A stretch of 64,000 nt of DNA from Azolla caroliniana (lineage: Eukaryota; Plantae; Polypodiophyta), in contig JBHGNT010000003.1 in the NCBI GenBank assembly GCA_043228905.1, positions 12,586,001 to 12,650,000 on the forward strand, written 5' to 3'. The first letter of the stretch is position 1. Every line of letters begins with the position of its first letter. Below the pieces are notes generated by a model. That model was not told the origin of the DNA and searched no databases. It saw only the letters and a list, made by a program, of their open reading frames with translations. This document shows, piece by piece, positions 1-10,600 of the stretch. The position numbers were made by a program, and so were the translations under genes.

Positions 1-3000
1 TCTTTGCCGGGATTGCTCATGTACCGGCTCACCACTCCAACTGCATATCCTATGTCCGGTCTTGTACACACCATTGCGTACATTAAGCTTCCGACGGCAG
101 AGGCATATGGTACTTTCGTCATGTCCTCCTTCTCAGCCTTTGTCTTGGGGCTTTGCTTGCTGGACAACTTGCAGTTTCCCGGGAGGGTTGACCCGACCGG
201 TCTTGCTTCCGACATGTTGAACCGGTGAAGCACCTTTGTCACGTACTTCTCCTGTGACAGCCACAACTGCTTCTTCTTCCGGTCCCGGATGATGTGCATC
301 CCTAGTATTTGCCTCGCCGGACCCAGGTCCTTCATTGAGAAGGTTCGGTGAAGCGCTTTCTTCAGCGTCCGTATCTTGACCTGGTCCCGTCCGACGATCA
401 ACATGTCGTCCACGTACAGGAGGAGTATTAGGGAGTCTCCTCCTTCGAACTTCTTCACAAACACGCAGTGATCAGACTGCGTTTTGTGGTACCCTTCGTC
501 GGTCATGAAGGAGTCGAACTTCCGGTACCATTGCCGGGGAGCCTGCTTCAGTCCGTAAAGGCTCTTCTTCAACCGGCATACCAGGTGCTCCTTCCCTTTC
601 TTCTCGAATCCTTCCGGTTGCTGCATGTAGATCTCTTCTTCGAGGTCACCGTGAAGGAATGCCGTCTTCACGTCCATCTGTTCTACCTCGAGGTCCATGC
701 TTGCCGCTATGCTCAGCACCGTCCGGATGGAGGTCATCTTCACTACTGGGGCGAATATCTCGTCGAAGTCGACGCCCTTCTTCTGCTGAAACCCCTTCAC
801 CACGATCCTGGCTTTGTATCTCGGGGGGTTTCCGGCATCTCCCGGTTTCAGCTTGAACACCCACTTGTTTCGAAGTGCCCGCTTTCCTTTCGGCAACTCC
901 ACAAGTTCATATGTGTGGTTCTCATGCAGGGAATCCATCTCGTCCTGCATGGCACTCAACCACCTGCGGCTCTGGGTGTCATGCTTTGCTTCTTCAAAGC
1001 TCTCCGGCTCCCCTTCGTCGGTTAGCAGCACGTGCTCTGGTTCCGGAAATCTCCGGGGGGCCCTTCTCTCTCTTAGAGGATATCTCCGTTCCGGAGCTTC
1101 GGTAACCGGTTCTTCCGATTCTTCTTCATCCGAATCCATTTCGGGATCGGGGCCGGTTCCGGTATCATTCTCATCTTCTTCGGCCGGTTCTGTTTCTTCA
1201 CTGTCTTCGGCCGGATCCTCGAGTGTTAACCGGTCCCTTGCCGGTCGGGACTGCTCCTCGTAGAGTTGATCCTCACCGGTCGACTTGGAGCTCTTCATCT
1301 TCTTCTCCGACTCCCAGTCGGCGAGTGTCTTGTCCTCCGTGAAGATGATGTCTCGACTCCTGAATATCTTCTTGTCGACCGGGTCCCATACTCGGTAGCC
1401 GAACTCGTCGTCGCCGTAACCGAGGAATATGCATGGCCGGGTCTTTGGATCTAGCTTTCCTCTCCGGTCCTTTGCCACATGCACGTATGCGAGACACCCG
1501 AACACCTTCAGATGCCGGTAGGACACTTCCTTACCGGTCCACACTTTCTGCGGCGTGTCTCCGTCCAAAGGTACTGAGGGTGATCTGTTTATCACGTATG
1601 TCGCCGTCGACATTGCCTCAGCCCAAAACCCCTTGGGTAATTTCGCATGCGCCAGCATACTCCGGACCCTCTCCATTATGGTCCGGTTCATCCTCTCGGC
1701 CAGCCCGTTTAGTTCCGGCGTCTTCGGCACAGTAAACTCGAGCCGGATTCCCTTCGAGCGACAGTACTCCTGGAACTGCCCCCGGTATTCCCCTCCGTTA
1801 TCCGCTCGTATCGCTTTCAGCTTCTTGCCGGATTCCCTTTCCACTCTCGCGTGGAGTTCTTTGAAGACGGACAACACTTGGTCCTTTGTCTTCAACGGCG
1901 CCGTCCACAGCTTCCGGCTGTGATCATCAATGAAAGTCACGAAGTACTGGGCTCCGCCATGTGACTTCGTTTCTACCTGACACACATCCGTGTGCACCAA
2001 CTCCAATGGTGCGCTACGTCTCGTCGGTGGCCTTGAGTGGAAGGAGGTTCGGTTCTGCTTACCGGCCAGGCAATCGGTGCACTTCTCCAGATGCACATGC
2101 TTCACTGGAATGAGGTTGTCTTCTGCAAGCCTCTTCATCCCCTTCTCGCTCATGTGGCACAGTCTCTTGTGCCACAGCTCACCGGCAGTGTCGGCTGCCA
2201 CGTTCAGCTCCTCCGGACATAGCCGGGAATTCATCAGGTACAGGGTGTTGACCTTCCGGGCCCGAGCCACTATCAGGCTCCCCTTGCTGAACTTCATGAC
2301 ACCGTTCCGGATGCTACCCGTGTAGCCTTCATCATCTAGCCTCCCGGCCGAGATCAGGTTCAATCGGACCTCCGGAACGTGTCGCACATCCTTCAACAGC
2401 ATCTTGCATCCGGTTGATGTCAACAGCCACACGTCTCCTATGCCGGCAATCCGGCATGTGCCTTCATTTCCCATCCGGACACAGCCGTGCTCACCGGCTG
2501 TGTAGGATGAGAAGTATTTCTTCTCCGGGGTCAGGTGGAACGACGCTCCGGAATCGACCACCCAGGTCATCTCTACACCGGCAAGGTTCAGCTCCCTCTC
2601 TTCGGTAATAAGCATTATCTCTTCTTCACTTGCCGCGAGTGCCGTCGTTCCTTTCCGGTCCTGCCCTCGCCGATCCGGACCTCTCCGGTCCGTGGCTCCC
2701 CGGTATGCACCGTTTCTCTCCGGTGACTTCTTCGAATCGGTGTCGTCGGCTCCGTTGTCCTTTCGGTAATGCCGACAATTCTTCCGGAAGTGCCCCGGCT
2801 TCCCACAGTGGAAGCATGTTGGCCTTCCTCTTGACTGCGACCGGGTCCCCGACTTCTCCCGTCTTTGCGGACTCCGGTTCCATTGTCTTCCCCGTTCCGA
2901 TTCGGTAAGCAGCGCCTTCGAGTCGGAGACCGGTTCTTTATCTCTCCGACGCGCTTCTTCGTTCAAAATACTTGTCTTTACCGTTTGTAGGGACAAGTTA

Positions 3001-3512
3001 TCTTCGGCGCATGAGTTGCTGAGAGTCACCACCAAGTTCTCCCAGCTGTCCGGCAATGTACACATCAGGATGATGGCTTGCATTGCATCCTCCAACGGGA
3101 ACTTGATCGCCGCAAGCTGGTTCACGAATCCCATGAACGTGCTTACGTGTTCCACCATACTCTCGCCGTCCCGGTACTTGAGGTTCACTATCTTTCTCAT
3201 CAGGGAGGTCCGGTTCAACGCATTCTTCCTCTCGTAGAGGCCCGACAGCTTCCTCCACATCTCATATGCGTTGGTGTCGTTCGCCACGTGTTGTAGAACG
3301 CTCACGTCGACGTATTGCCGAATGGTTGCAACGGCTTTCCGGTTCAGAAGCCTCCACTCCGTCTCAAGTACCCCCTTGGGTATTTCCGACCTGTCGATCG
3401 GTTCATACAGGTCCCGAACAATGAGCAGATCCTCCATCTTTATCTTCCAGTCGGCGTAGTTCTGCGCATTCAGCACCATCATCCCCGGCTGCCCGCTGCT
3501 GCCGCCTTCCAT
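1..3512 (-). CDS. Copia gag-pol polyprotein (gag, zinc knuckle, protease, integrase, RT), runs off the left edge
   Basis: ATG at 3512 (MEGGSSGQPG); colinear with ORF 44237-48310; missing from the ORF track, consistent with no stop inside the window. Confidence 0.85.
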   Translation of the reverse strand, partial: MEGGSSGQPGMMVLNAQNYADWKIKMEDLLIVRDLYEPIDRSEIPKGVLETEWRLLNRKAVATIRQYVDVSVLQHVANDTNAYEMWRKLSGLYERKNALNRTSLMRKIVNLKYRDGESMVEHVSTFMGFVNQLAAIKFPLEDAMQAIILMCTLPDSWENLVVTLSNSCAEDNLSLQTVKTSILNEEARRRDKEPVSDSKALLTESERGRQWNRSPQRREKSGTRSQSRGRPTCFHCGKPGHFRKNCRHYRKDNGADDTDSKKSPERNGAYRGATDRRGPDRRGQDRKGTTALAASEEEIMLITEERELNLAGVEMTWVVDSGASFHLTPEKKYFSSYTAGEHGCVRMGNEGTCRIAGIGDVWLLTSTGCKMLLKDVRHVPEVRLNLISAGRLDDEGYTGSIRNGVMKFSKGSLIVARARKVNTLYLMNSRLCPEELNVAADTAGELWHKRLCHMSEKGMKRLAEDNLIPVKHVHLEKCTDCLAGKQNRTSFHSRPPTRRSAPLELVHTDVCQVETKSHGGAQYFVTFIDDHSRKLWTAPLKTKDQVLSVFKELHARVERESGKKLKAIRADNGGEYRGQFQEYCRSKGIRLEFTVPKTPELNGLAERMNRTIMERVRSMLAHAKLPKGFWAEAMSTATYVINRSPSVPLDGDTPQKVWTGKEVSYRHLKVFGCLAYVHVAKDRRGKLDPKTRPCIFLGYGDDEFGYRVWDPVDKKIFRSRDIIFTEDKTLADWESEKKMKSSKSTGEDQLYEEQSRPARDRLTLEDPAEDSEETEPAEEDENDTGTGPDPEMDSDEEESEEPVTEAPERRYPLRERRAPRRFPEPEHVLLTDEGEPESFEEAKHDTQSRRWLSAMQDEMDSLHENHTYELVELPKGKRALRNKWVFKLKPGDAGNPPRYKARIVVKGFQQKKGVDFDEIFAPVVKMTSIRTVLSIAASMDLEVEQMDVKTAFLHGDLEEEIYMQQPEGFEKKGKEHLVCRLKKSLYGLKQAPRQWYRKFDSFMTDEGYHKTQSDHCVFVKKFEGGDSLILLLYVDDMLIVGRDQVKIRTLKKALHRTFSMKDLGPARQILGMHIIRDRKKKQLWLSQEKYVTKVLHRFNMSEARPVGSTLPGNCKLSSKQSPKTKAEKEDMTKVPYASAVGSLMYAMVCTRPDIGYAVGVVSRYMSNPGK

Positions 3513-3543
3513 TTTCTGTGTTACCGTCGCTCTGATACCACTT

Positions 3544-4184
3544 TGTCGTACTTCCGTGCTCGGCCACCACCGAGGAACAGGATCGATTCACAGAAAACGG
3601 GAAGTACAAGAATGCACGAAAAACAATAGAGAGAAGGGTACACTGGATGTTTTACGTGGAAAACCCTAAATGGGAAAAACCACGGGAGTGCAAGACTCCA
3701 ACTATCACTATGCGCGGGAATGTACAATGGCGAGCTGCAAGGCGACGACCTTGAGCTCGCTGTCCTCGCCACAGGCGGCGGTATTACACAGAGGCGTCGA
3801 CCTCTTCCTTCCTCCTTCTCTCTCACTCTCTCTCGGCTGCTCTCACTTCGCTCCCTCTTCGTGGAAAACAGGAAAAATGAGCAACAACATAAACTGTTTG
3901 CCCTAAGTCATATTTATACACATATGACTTTCGGGCTATTTACAAATATAGCCTCAAGGGCTCTTGGCAAACATATTCACAAATATGTCCCCGCATCCGG
4001 ATCTCCCTCCGGGTCATTCGTCATCCGGCTCCGTAACCGGGGTCTTCAGCATCCGGCTCCGTAGCCGGGGTATTCATCATCCGGCTCCGTAGCCAGGGTC
4101 TTCGTCATCCGGCTCCGTAACCACAACCGGGCTTGCCGTCATTCATCTCCGGACATCCCATCCGGAGGGACCGAAATCCCAACA
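3544..4184 (-). repeat. 5' LTR with tandem ~26-27 bp CATCCGGCTCCGTA units in U3
   Basis: TG at 3544, CA at 4184, next to PBS; repeats ~4015-4120. Confidence 0.9.
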
Positions 4185-5842
4185 AAATATTTCTAGAATT
4201 TGAAATTTATTTACTTTCTTAAAAAATATTTGTAATATTGTAATATTGTAACCGTGTATATGCAATGTAACGAAGCATTCCATGGCTGTAGTTGCATCTT
4301 AAAAGTACTAAAGGGCAAATCGAGCAAATATGAGAATCAAAAGCATACAAATCAACAAATCAAATAGATATTTGTTAGGTAAAAAAAAACCCAAACTTGT
4401 TGGGCATTTACAACAACAACCAAGGCCACGAAGCAAAAACTGTATATCCCTCACATGATTGAGGGAATTCACATGATGAGTCATGACAAGCTAAAATTCT
4501 ACAAAAAAAATCGTACTTTTGACAAAAACAACACTTTGACAAGAAGTGCAACATACCTATTGAAGAAAAGACCACATCTTTTGATTTGAAAAAAACCTTC
4601 AAAACACATAACATCAAATATTTGAGATACACTTACATTGCATTTTGTCAAAGAAATAGAATGCATTGTAGGAACAAAATTTAGAAAAAAACCTTAACAA
4701 CACATAACATCAGATATTTGACTTCTAAGAACACATAACTTGAACTATGTCCAAGACTCCAATGTATCAAAATGGGCTTAGATAAAAGAAAAGTAACATA
4801 TGGCTATTGAGCTTAGTAATAATGTATAGAAATCAGAAATATTAGTCATTAGATATCGTCCTCATCACAATCACCATCTTCATCATCAGATTCAGTGTTA
4901 GTTGATGACATCAACATAGGTTCTTCATCAGTAAGATCATCATAATTTGTATGAATTGCTTCTTCTATTCCATTGACATTATCTTGATCATTTGGTGGTA
5001 AAGAAGCAAATGTACTTGATCTTGTTATTCTCCTATTACAAGAAGACCGCTCATCATCTCTTCTTGGCCTCTGCCTCCGTATTCGATCAATAGGGACTCC
5101 ATCGCTTGATGTTGTCGTATGTGATCTTGTCATGCTCCTTGTCCTTCTTCTCATGCTCATTGTTTCTTGAAAATAAGTTTCATAGATTTCTCTATCCATA
5201 TCATTCTCGTGGCTAATAGATGGAATATCAGGAGTCTTAGAGACATCTATCTCATTTGGATTCACCTGCAAACAAGTTTATAAAAGCTTAACGAAATTTG
5301 AGGAATGTAAATGATAAGAAGTGAATAAAATAATACCTGCATTGGAGATGCATTCACAGTCTCAAACTTGCGAACTAGCCTTAAGTTCTCTCGCACATAT
5401 ACCAATCGTTCAAGTTGTGCTACCTTTAGTCTGTTTCTATTTTTTGTATGTGCGAGAGCATGTGCATTCCAATTCCTTTCTGCTGCCCCAGAAGAGCAAT
5501 CGTAATAGAAGAGCAATGCTTTGACTTTCATCAACAAAGGTAGATGAGCATGAGGTAGAAACACCTAAAAGAAAAAAAATTCAAGATAAATAATTTACAA
5601 TTATTTAAACATTAGTAATCAAGACACCTATTGTAGGCTTGTGTCTATACCTTGTTCAGGCATGTTGAATGAGTCGATCTCTGCTACTATATCTTCTTCT
5701 TCGCCAATTGCTTGGCTTCCACAATTACCATACAAAGTTGTAAGGTCAATCAACATTTCCTTGGGGACATTGGTACATTTCGTTACTCCATGGCTAGGTT
5801 TTCCAATTAAATGAGCAATCATTTGTGTTGCTGACCCATGCA

Positions 5843-6391
5843 TGTCATGAAGACATACATCTTGGCTTATCATGACATTCATCTTGGCGAACCAGGAATC
5901 GAACCCATAACCTCTTGGTTTACATATTGTACTTTAACCATTGTAATAACATATGCGAGATGTAATCATAATAATTATATGTTTAGTTATTACGAGATAT
6001 TTAGAACATTCTAGATTATTCTAGAATGTTCTTGAATATTTCATGATTATATTTATTATTATTATTATTCATAAATATCTAAAATATTCTAGAACATTCT
6101 AGAATACTCCATAAGGGCCTATAAATAAGAGTCCATACACTCATCACAACTCATTCGGTTCAACACCAGTCTTTAGCCCTTAGCCTACTCCTTGTAATCT
6201 TCTTTCTCATAATATAATCGCATTCCCATTTCTTATCTCTCACTTATACTTTTCTCTCTCTCGCACTCTCTCCCTCTTTCACTCTCTTTCTATCACTATC
6301 GCTATCTCTACCGCTCTCGCCATCTCTATCGTTATCGTTATCTCTATCGCCATCGCTCTCTCTCTCTGCTTCCTACTCAAGAGTCACGACA
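5843..6391 (+). repeat. 5' LTR of chromovirus
   Basis: TGTCATG...CACGACA; no difference from 11229-11777 seen by eye. Confidence 0.97.
6003..6127 (+). promoter_or_regulatory. LTR promoter: heat-shock-element arrays and TATA box
   Basis: TTCtaGAAtgTTCttGAA 6019-6036, TTCtaGAAcaTTCtaGAA 6087-6104, TATAAATA 6120-6127. Confidence 0.7.
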
Positions 6392-6393
6392 GT

Positions 6394-6404
6394 TTGAACC
6401 GAAT
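6394..6404 (+). promoter_or_regulatory. Self-priming primer binding site
   Basis: TTGAACCGAAT is the reverse complement of ATTCGGTTCAA at 6153-6163; no TGG tRNA-type PBS. Confidence 0.8.
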
Positions 6405-6476
6405 ATTTCTTTTCCCTTTCTCCAATAACTCTAGCAAGCTTTCTTCTTTATCCTTCTTTCTTTTTCCCCCGCGGTT

Positions 6477-7604
6477 ATGGAGTCGGTCAGCAAGCAAGAG
6501 TATATGCGTGTCCTTTCGGAACTCGATATGCTCACCACTAAGTTTGTGGCATTAGAGCAAGAAAATCAAAGGCTACTCGGGGATCTTCAACAAGTCAGTA
6601 CTGAGAAAGCTCATCAATATGAGGAGTTATCACAACGGGTTCATCAACTTGAGGCTACTATATTAACATTACGAGAACAAGCGGCGGGGGTTCAAAACTC
6701 CCCAAGGGAACCAAAGATTAGCCTCCCTGCCAAGTTTGATGGTACCAGATCTCTCTTTCGAGGTTTCCTGAATCAAGTTCGTTTGGTGATTCAGTTACAT
6801 CCCAATCGGTATCCAACTGATGCTGCCCGTGTGGGATTAATAGGAACCTTGCTAAGCGGTACAGCGTTAGCATGGTTTGCACCACTTCTTGAGAAGAAAT
6901 CACCATTACTGGAGGATTTCGAGGCATTCGTTAAGGAGTTTCAAGCTAGTTTTGGAGATACGGATAGCACTAGGACTGCAATAAACAAGATTCGAAGACT
7001 CCGACAAGGAGATCGTCCCGCTTCAGCTTATGCCGCAGATTTCCGTCTCTTGGCATGCGACATCCCTTGGGATGAGGCAGCCTTAATGGATCAATTCCGT
7101 CAGGGTTTGCGTAACGATGTCAAAGATCTTCTTCTTACTTTCCATGAAGATCCAAAGTCTCTTACTGAAGCTATTAGCCGAGCTGTGCGATGTGATAATC
7201 GCCTATTTGAGCGACGTTCTGAACGTCAACAAATGTTACGCCGCCAACCGGAACAGACATACGCTTCTATAGTCGCCACACCGCCACAAGGTTCTAGACC
7301 CGTTACGAGGGATGGTCCCACTCCGATGGAAATAGAGTCGACACAACGTCGAGGGCCCTTATCAGATGCTGAGAAACAACGACGTCGGGCGCATCGCCTA
7401 TGCCTCTACTGTGGTGGTCCAGGACATATAGCTGTGAATTGTCCACATAAACCCAGGCGTCAAGTTTACCAAGTAAGTGCACATGACAACCCTACATCAA
7501 GTTCTACTATCACTTCTAATAACTTAAGTACTAAGCCTACTAGCCCATGCCATGAGAATAGATTTGATGTCTTGAGCCAATTAGAGGATGTGTTAAACGA
7601 ATAA
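6477..7604 (+). CDS. gag: Gag (coiled coil, capsid, CCHC knuckle)
   Basis: 375 aa ORF; PAKFDG, LRQG..YAADF, CLYCGGPGHIAVNC. Confidence 0.95.
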   Translation: MESVSKQEYMRVLSELDMLTTKFVALEQENQRLLGDLQQVSTEKAHQYEELSQRVHQLEATILTLREQAAGVQNSPREPKISLPAKFDGTRSLFRGFLNQVRLVIQLHPNRYPTDAARVGLIGTLLSGTALAWFAPLLEKKSPLLEDFEAFVKEFQASFGDTDSTRTAINKIRRLRQGDRPASAYAADFRLLACDIPWDEAALMDQFRQGLRNDVKDLLLTFHEDPKSLTEAISRAVRCDNRLFERRSERQQMLRRQPEQTYASIVATPPQGSRPVTRDGPTPMEIESTQRRGPLSDAEKQRRRAHRLCLYCGGPGHIAVNCPHKPRRQVYQVSAHDNPTSSSTITSNNLSTKPTSPCHENRFDVLSQLEDVLNE

Positions 7605-10600
7605 GTCCGGCCAAAATAGGAGCCATTTGGTTGGACCATCCTAGTTATGTAGAGTCAGTACCTAGTTGTGGTTCCATTTCATCAAATCAAGTTAGTAGAG
7701 TTTTTTCTGCACAAGTCGAGCTTAGCACATCTACAGGTCATCGCGCCCTAGCCTCTGCCCTCCTAGATTCCGGAGCCAATTCTTGTTTCATGGATCGCGA
7801 GTTTGCATTGACTCAAAACATCATCTTGAAAAAACTCCCAAACCCAGTAGCTGTAGGAGTCATCGATGGTCGCCCTATAGCATCAGGAGATATAGTCGAA
7901 GAGTCTGAACCAATTCGTGTAGTCCTAGGTAATTTGGCTAGTGTCATCTCATTTAACATCATTAGTAGTCCGGAGCACTCTCTAGTTCTTGGTCTTCCTT
8001 GGTTTGAGTTACATAACCCAACCATTGATTGGAGAAAAAGAACTATTGAAGAGGTCACCGTACAATCCAAGTCTCTTGAAGCTCCAACTAAGGATCTAGG
8101 ATCCCCCACAATTTCAACAATCTCTATACATCAATTACGAGAGGATGGAAGAAAGGAAGACATGATGGTATTTGCGGTTTTAGCAACTCCCTCATCTAGC
8201 TCACAAGAATTGGGGGTCCAACTACCAAAGAAGTACATAGAATTCTCCGATGTGTTCGATAAGGTGAAGGCTAATAGACTACCAGAGCATCGACCATATG
8301 ATTGCCCAATTGATTTGCAGCCAGGAAAAGAGCCTCCATGGGGACCAATTTATAATCTTTCGCCCACGGAGTTAGAGGTTCTTCGAGAATATATCAATGA
8401 GAACTTGGCAAATGGTTTTATCCAACATTCAAAATCTCCTGCTGGTGCACCCATCTTTTTCGTTAAGAAGAAAGATGGTACGCTTCGTATGGTCGTGGAT
8501 TATCGAGGCTTGAATAAAGTGACCGTTAGAAACCGATATGCTCTCCCATTGATCTCAAGCCTTCTAGAACGCCTCAGTGAAGCAAAGTATTTCACGAAGT
8601 TAGATCTTCGAGGTGCCTACAACCTTGTTCGAATTCGTCCTGGGGATGAATGGAAGACGGCGTTCCGCACTCGCTATGGTCATTTTGAGTACACAGTGAT
8701 GCCTTTTGGCCTCACGAATGCACCAGCAGTCTTCCAACATATGGCGAATGATATTTTTCGAGACTTCCTCGATATCTTCATCATTGTTTACCTGGATGAT
8801 ATCTTGATCTACTCAAAAACTCAAGAAGAACATGATATACATGTTCGCCAAGTTTTGCAACGGCTACGAGAGTATGGTCTCTATGCAAAATTGGAGAAGT
8901 GTAGTTTCGACCAACGTCAAGTGGAGTTTTTGGGGTACATAGTCTCTTCAAATGGCATCTCTATGGATCCATCAAAGGTTCAAACAATTTTGGATTGGCA
9001 AACACCACAGTCCGTGCGAGATGTGCAATGTTTTTTGGGGTTCGCAAACTTTTATCGCAAGTTCATCAAAGACTATTCAAAAATTGTGTTGCCCCTCACT
9101 CAACTGACGCACAAGAATCGATCATTTGTATGGAGTATAGATGCGAACTCTGCATTTGAGGGTTTAAAGCAAGCATTTACATCCGCACCAATCTTAATCC
9201 ATGTCGATCCAATGAGGCGCTTTATACTTGAAGCTGATGCATCGGATTTCGCACTCGGAAGTGTACTATCCCAAATTGGTGATGATGGTGAACTGCACCC
9301 GGTGGCTTTTCACTCACGAAAATTTGAAGCCGCAGAAATCAACTATGAGATTCACGACAAAGAGCTTCTTGCCATTGTGGATTCTTTTCAACAATGGCGT
9401 CATTTTCTGGAGGGTTCTTCTCAGCAGATTATTGTCTACAATGATCATAAAAATCTAACATACTTTCAAAGTGCTCGAGTCTTGAATCGACGACAAGCTC
9501 GTTGGGCGCAGTTCTTAACTCGTTTCGATTTTGTAATTCTATATCGCCCTGGGATGCAACAAGGAAAAGCAGATGCTTTATCTAGACGTTCGTATATGGA
9601 ACTTCAACCTGGAGAGGCCGCATTTGAAAGCCAAAAGCAAATCCTCTTAGGTCCTGATCGTCTACGAATAATGGCAATGCATACCATCAACACACCGGGA
9701 GATTCAAGGCTTCTTGATTCCATTCGTGAGCAGATTGCGACTGATGCGTTCGCCCAAGAGGTTTTGAGCCATATTATCCCAAATCGTGCATCTAGCTCCC
9801 AAACTCAAAATCCTCGTCTAGACTACACCCAGTTTAGTTGGCATGATGGGTTACTTTTTCGACAAACTCTCTTGTATGTGCCTGACGGTCCTTCTCGACT
9901 CAAAGTCATGCAACAATGTCATGACACACCAATGGCGGGACACTTCGGCATCCACAAGACTTTTGAGTTGATTTCTCGCCGATATTGGTGGCCACGGCTT
10001 CGCCATTTTGTTACGGATTATGTTCGTAGCTGTGATACATGTTGCCGATCAAAAAAGCCTCGACATCATCCATATGGCTTATTACAGCCAATGCCTATTC
10101 CGGAGAGCCCATGGAAATCTATTTCCTTGGACTTTATTACGGATCTTCCACCTTCCAAGGGATTTGATTCGATTCTCACTGTTGTCGATCGTTTTACGAA
10201 GATGGCACATTTCCTTCCATGCACAAAGACCATTACTAGTCAAGAGACAGCTGATTTACTCATGCGGGAGGTGTTTCGCCATCATGGTCTTCCGGATGAT
10301 ATTATCAGTGATCGGGGTCCCCAATTCATCTCGAAATTTTGGCGGCACATGTTCAGACTCTTACATACTTCTTGTAAACTCTCTTCCGGCTACCATCCAG
10401 AGACTAATGGGCAGAGTGAGCGCACCAACCAAACAGTCGAACAATATCTACGTTGTTTTGTCAACTATCAACAAGATGATTGGGTGGATTTACTACCTTT
10501 GGCAGAATTTGCTTATAACAACTCCGAGCATTCTTCTACTGGATATTCCCCATTTTTTGCAAACATTGGGTACCATCCTCGTTGGACGATGCTTGAACAT

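Larger units (their letters stand above)
1..4184 (-). mobile_element. Ty1/copia LTR retrotransposon (Tnt1/Tork-like, family A), 5' part; 3' end lies outside the window
   Basis: 5' LTR 3544-4184 (TG...CA), tRNA-iMet PBS 3529-3540, internal region nearly identical to the intact element at 43615-48952. Confidence 0.95.

Noticed and set aside
4-3629. Many plus-strand ORFs here and at 44252-48346
   Set aside because: Antisense shadows of GC-rich copia gag-pol; shared only because the elements are near-identical
5885-5950. Functional tRNA gene
   Set aside because: No convincing acceptor or anticodon stems; kept only as a tRNA-like segment
7616-7643. H-type pseudoknot (loop TAGGA with TCCTA)
   Set aside because: Only 2 nt link the 11 bp stem to the second helix, too short unless the stem partly opens
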